Positions 30,072 to 33,227 of a stretch of 33,227 nt of DNA are shown piece by piece. Made by a program: the position numbers and the translations under genes. Origin of the DNA: a virus; IMG/VR virus record IMGVR_UViG_3300045988_173170, positions 1 through 33,227 of that record, one strand, 5' to 3'. Every line of letters starts with the position of its first letter. The first letter of the stretch is position 1. The notes under the pieces were generated by a model. It saw only the letters and a program-made list of their open reading frames with translations. It was not told where the DNA came from and did no database searches.

Positions 30072-31306
30072 AGAGATTGCAGACAAAGAAGCTTTCATGG
30101 CCAAAAGGAATCGAAGAATTCATTTTTTCAAAAATGGATTTATGGCTCGCAAAAGAGGCTTGTAGTCGAACTTATTTTGTCGAAACACTAGAAATGTATT
30201 ACGGAAAGCTATTAAAACGAATATTTGGATTTCAATTGTTCAAGAATCCGAATCATTCGGTAGAACTGAAAATCCAGGAAGTGGCACGATACATAGAAGG
30301 CGAAAAGAAGTTTCTGGTTGGCAATCTGTATTGTGGAATGTTTGGTAAAAGGGTTGATTTCGATTATCCTTTGAAGTTTTGGATCAGTGACAGCAAATTG
30401 AATTTCTATCCGTTGAGGATGTATTCAGTTGAAGACTGGATCAAGTTATTAAACATTCCGTATTGCCAGTATCAGTCCGAATTAAATCAATCCGGTTTAG
30501 ATTTTTTTGAATATGTATGTGCTTATCGTAAAGAACCGAAAATTGAATATCTTGTGAAGGCAGACTTGAGTCAGTTTATTTCAAGTCTTCGCGTTCTTGA
30601 TCTAAACGAAAAGAGCTTGGACAAGATATTCAAGGTTGATCGTAAGTTCGTTCCGCTTCTTCCAAAGATGGATTACACACATTTGATGTTATGCAGGAAA
30701 TATTCATGGGCAAATGAAAAAGAATTATTGAAAATTAGACATTTGAATTTCAAGCATATACGTAAGTATATGTGTCCAAGAGTATTGGAGTACGCATCGA
30801 AGATAGATGATTGGAACATAAATATTTATGAAGATTATTTGAATTTCGCGGAAACGATTGGAGCGGACATGAAGTCTTATAGAGTTCTAACACCATCGAA
30901 TTTAGTAGAAGCACATAGTGCAGCATATAAGGCTATGCGTGCTACAGAAGGTGCCAGGTTTGAACAAGGGATTCTTGATAACTACGAAAAACATGTTGAG
31001 TTATGTTACTCAAACGGAAAGTATTTGATTCGTCCTGCTAAGAGTAATGCTGAATTGAAGAAGGAATCTGAAGTATTGAACCATTGTGTTAGAACCTATG
31101 CAGACGATGTATCCAAAGGATATACGGAAATCATGTTTGTTCGTTTAAGCGATAAACCGGATGTTCCTTTGTATACGTTGGAACTCAAACATAATGTTAT
31201 TCGACAATTTAGAGCAAATCATAATGCAGTCCCTCCAGATGATGCATTTAGCTTTGTCAGGGAATGGGCGGATAAATTTAAGATAAATAAGGAGTTGATA
31301 TCGTGA
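30047..31306 (+). CDS. PcfJ-like protein (419 aa)
   Basis: The C-terminal block ESEVLNHCVRTYADDVSKGYTEIMFVRLSDKPDVPLYTLELKHNVIRQFRANHN matches my memory of the PcfJ-like domain signature (HCV..Y......G...I...R). Confidence 0.55.
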   Translation: MEAGKSILERLQTKKLSWPKGIEEFIFSKMDLWLAKEACSRTYFVETLEMYYGKLLKRIFGFQLFKNPNHSVELKIQEVARYIEGEKKFLVGNLYCGMFGKRVDFDYPLKFWISDSKLNFYPLRMYSVEDWIKLLNIPYCQYQSELNQSGLDFFEYVCAYRKEPKIEYLVKADLSQFISSLRVLDLNEKSLDKIFKVDRKFVPLLPKMDYTHLMLCRKYSWANEKELLKIRHLNFKHIRKYMCPRVLEYASKIDDWNINIYEDYLNFAETIGADMKSYRVLTPSNLVEAHSAAYKAMRATEGARFEQGILDNYEKHVELCYSNGKYLIRPAKSNAELKKESEVLNHCVRTYADDVSKGYTEIMFVRLSDKPDVPLYTLELKHNVIRQFRANHNAVPPDDAFSFVREWADKFKINKELIS

Positions 31307-31509
31307 TTTTAAGAGATTTAAAGAATACAACATTTAGACCCGTGGAAATCAGTGTTGTGAAAGACTATCAGGAAATTATGTTTTCAGTGAATGTAATTCA
31401 TAGATTTCCATGTTTAAGCAAAGCCAAGAATTACTTTGGCAAAAGACAAATTGTTGAGATTGTAGACGATGAGTCTTCAAGAACTACCAGGATATTTCTT
31501 CAAGGCTAA
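31303..31509 (+). CDS. Hypothetical protein (68 aa)
   Basis: GTG start 8 nt after AAGGAG, overlapping the upstream stop. Confidence 0.5.
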   Translation: MILRDLKNTTFRPVEISVVKDYQEIMFSVNVIHRFPCLSKAKNYFGKRQIVEIVDDESSRTTRIFLQG

Positions 31510-31512
31510 GCC

Positions 31513-32373
31513 ATGAATAAAGAGTTTCTAGTTAGCAAAGTTGATGACTTCATCGCATTCGAAACGGAAAATGAGAAGTCTAAAAATTCATTGGTTCATT
31601 ATCGACAGGTTGTTGAATTGTTTGTAAATTCTTTTGAGGTCGATGATATCTGCAAGCTTGATATTATCGACTTTAAAAAGAATCTAGAAGAAGAGTATGC
31701 TCCGTCCACAGTAAAGAACTACATTACTATCGCAAATCGATTCATAAAATATTGCGAATTGGTAGAAAAGGATTTGGATCCAGACGAATTGTTGCGTACT
31801 CATCATTCAAAAATGACTCTGAAGAACATCAAGATTCAACAAGCTGCATCATTGGATGATGTGATTGAACCATCTGATTTTAAGAGAATGTGCAGAATGG
31901 CCAAACAATGTAATCGAATGGATATTTACCTGATCATGAAGATATTTGCATACACAGGCATACGTGTGAGCGAGTTAAGTTATTTCACGGTTGAAAACGT
32001 AAAGGCAAATTATATTACAGTCAAAAACAAAGGTAAGATTCGTGATGTTATTCTGAGAAACGATTTAAAACGTGAAATATTAAAGTATTGCAGAACAGAA
32101 AAGATAAAGTCAGGAAAAATCTTTTTTTTAACCTATAAGCAGATTTACTACCAGTTGAAGAAGATTGCAGGAAAGTGTAGAGGTATAAGCCTGGATAAGA
32201 TCCATCCTCATGCGTTCAGACATATGTTTGCGATTAATTATTTGGATGCTGGTGGACAGGTAACGGATCTTATGGATATTCTTGGCCATAATTCTATACA
32301 GACAACGTCTTTGTATACTAGAACGACAAACAAAGCTAAGAAGAATATGTTGGAAAGCATGAAATATAAATAG
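31513..32373 (+). CDS. Second tyrosine recombinase (XerC/D-like, 286 aa)
   Basis: GIRVSELSYF (Arg), HPHAFRHMFA (HxxR) and LGHNSIQTTSLYTRTT (His...Tyr). All catalytic motifs appear intact. Confidence 0.9.
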   Translation: MNKEFLVSKVDDFIAFETENEKSKNSLVHYRQVVELFVNSFEVDDICKLDIIDFKKNLEEEYAPSTVKNYITIANRFIKYCELVEKDLDPDELLRTHHSKMTLKNIKIQQAASLDDVIEPSDFKRMCRMAKQCNRMDIYLIMKIFAYTGIRVSELSYFTVENVKANYITVKNKGKIRDVILRNDLKREILKYCRTEKIKSGKIFFLTYKQIYYQLKKIAGKCRGISLDKIHPHAFRHMFAINYLDAGGQVTDLMDILGHNSIQTTSLYTRTTNKAKKNMLESMKYK

Positions 32374-32385
32374 GAGGACAAAGCA

Positions 32386-32871
32386 ATGCCTAAAGAAGAT
32401 AAATATTGGGAATATGACGAAATAGAAGAGAATTATAAGCTTCATTTTACAAGATTTTATGAAGATGAAATTATCGCAACTGTATTTGAAGATGAAGAGT
32501 TTTCTGAATTCTATGCAGATTTTGAACTTGAAAATGTACCAAAAGTTGAAGGTGAGCCTTATGTTTTAGATGCAGAAACGATCGAAGAGGCTAAATTGGA
32601 AGCAGAAGAAAAAATTCTTGAGCTTGTACAAGAACAAGCCGAATATTTGCAAAGTTGGATTCATAAGTTTAAATCTACTGATGATGAGGATTACACGATT
32701 GAAGAAAGGATAGACGGTCTAATCAGAGCATATCAAAGAAACATTGATGATAATTGCAAATATATTGAAAATACGGGAAATAATGTTATTGACCTTAGAA
32801 ATGAAAATAGCTATTTTGAGCAATTCATTGAATCATTAAAGTACGCAAAGTCAGGAGAAATAAATGAATAA
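32386..32871 (+). CDS. Strongly acidic 161-aa protein
   Basis: AGGAGGACAAAGCA ATG. The N-terminal ~100 aa are very rich in D/E (EDEIIATVFEDEEFSEFYADFELE...). Confidence 0.7.
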   Translation: MPKEDKYWEYDEIEENYKLHFTRFYEDEIIATVFEDEEFSEFYADFELENVPKVEGEPYVLDAETIEEAKLEAEEKILELVQEQAEYLQSWIHKFKSTDDEDYTIEERIDGLIRAYQRNIDDNCKYIENTGNNVIDLRNENSYFEQFIESLKYAKSGEINE

Positions 32872-33163
32872 TAAAGAATTGAAAAAAAACTTAGAAAAGG
32901 AAAGAAAAAAGCAAAGAGAAGATGCTATAAAAATAAATACTTTTATCAGATTAGATAAAAGCAGTGCTACTGAAATCGATAAACAAATTGAGCAAACTTA
33001 TTTATCTTTGCAAAAGAATATTAAATTTGTCTGTACCAATAAAGACTTGATGAACAGTATGCTAGATGAATTAGACTACATTGTTTACGCATCGAAACTA
33101 TATGGTGGAAAGCATGTTATGGAAGAATTAGATAATGGTTACAAAAATAAATTAATGAGTTAA
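32864..33163 (+). CDS. Hypothetical protein (99 aa)
   Basis: ATG overlaps the upstream gene end. Lys/Glu-rich N-terminus. No family recognised. Confidence 0.55.
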   Translation: MNNKELKKNLEKERKKQREDAIKINTFIRLDKSSATEIDKQIEQTYLSLQKNIKFVCTNKDLMNSMLDELDYIVYASKLYGGKHVMEELDNGYKNKLMS

Positions 33164-33227
33164 AAGGAGAATAAAAATGGTGCGCCAGTTCGGTGTAGTT
33201 GATTTAGTTAGGTGAAACTCCTGACCT

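Larger units (their letters stand above)
1..33227. mobile_element. Temperate siphovirus-type phage genome, apparently complete and circularly permuted (excised form with lysin and integrase adjacent)
   Basis: Full set of packaging, HK97-like head, tail, lysis, lysogeny (int, cI/cro) and replication modules. int lies next to the lysin with about 440 bp of non-coding att-like DNA between them. The early genes at the window end continue into the early genes at the window start. Confidence 0.85.

Noticed and set aside
33177-33215. ATG after a strong AAAGGAGAATAAAA RBS near the window end
   Set aside because: The frame closes after 12 codons, and no frame stays open across the end/start junction. 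It is too short to call.

Overview
The window reads as one complete or nearly complete temperate siphovirus-type phage genome from a low-GC Firmicute-like host. It is written in circularly permuted order. Layout: (i) 1-2.9 kb, + strand: early genes (Lar-like anti-restriction protein, SSB, DUF3310, ArpU/sigma-like late activator). (ii) 3.0-21.1 kb, + strand: packaging genes (HNH + TerS + TerL, arguing for cos-type packaging), HK97-like portal/protease/capsid, neck, major tail, frameshifted chaperone, tape measure, Dit/Tal, CHAP lysin, beta-helix receptor-binding protein, holin and amidase endolysin. (iii) 21.2-21.55 kb: an apparently intact attP region, so this looks like the excised or circular form rather than an integrated prophage. 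(iv) 21.56-26.46 kb, - strand: lysogeny block, in transcription order cI-like repressor, 4-TM membrane protein, DUF3800-like protein, 189-aa orphan, bacterial-PH protein, DinD-like protein, integrase. (v) A cI/cro switch with a consensus promoter and three 16-bp operators. (vi) 26.6-33.2 kb, + strand: early/replication block (cro-like protein, small HTH proteins, a long structured leader, replisome organiser with internal 11-bp iterons, phage dnaN clamp, PcfK/PcfJ-like pair, a second tyrosine recombinase, an acidic protein). I saw no rRNA, tRNA, CRISPR array or transposase. The best candidate for an undescribed system is the translationally coupled DUF3800-like + Cys-rich 189-aa gene pair (24309-25572, - strand). 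It sits in a five-gene accessory island between repressor and integrase. The island has duplicated cassette-junction sequences, a convergent consensus promoter for a possible small RNA, and a set of hairpins with conserved TGGTAG loops. All family assignments come from motif recognition by eye; no searches were run.
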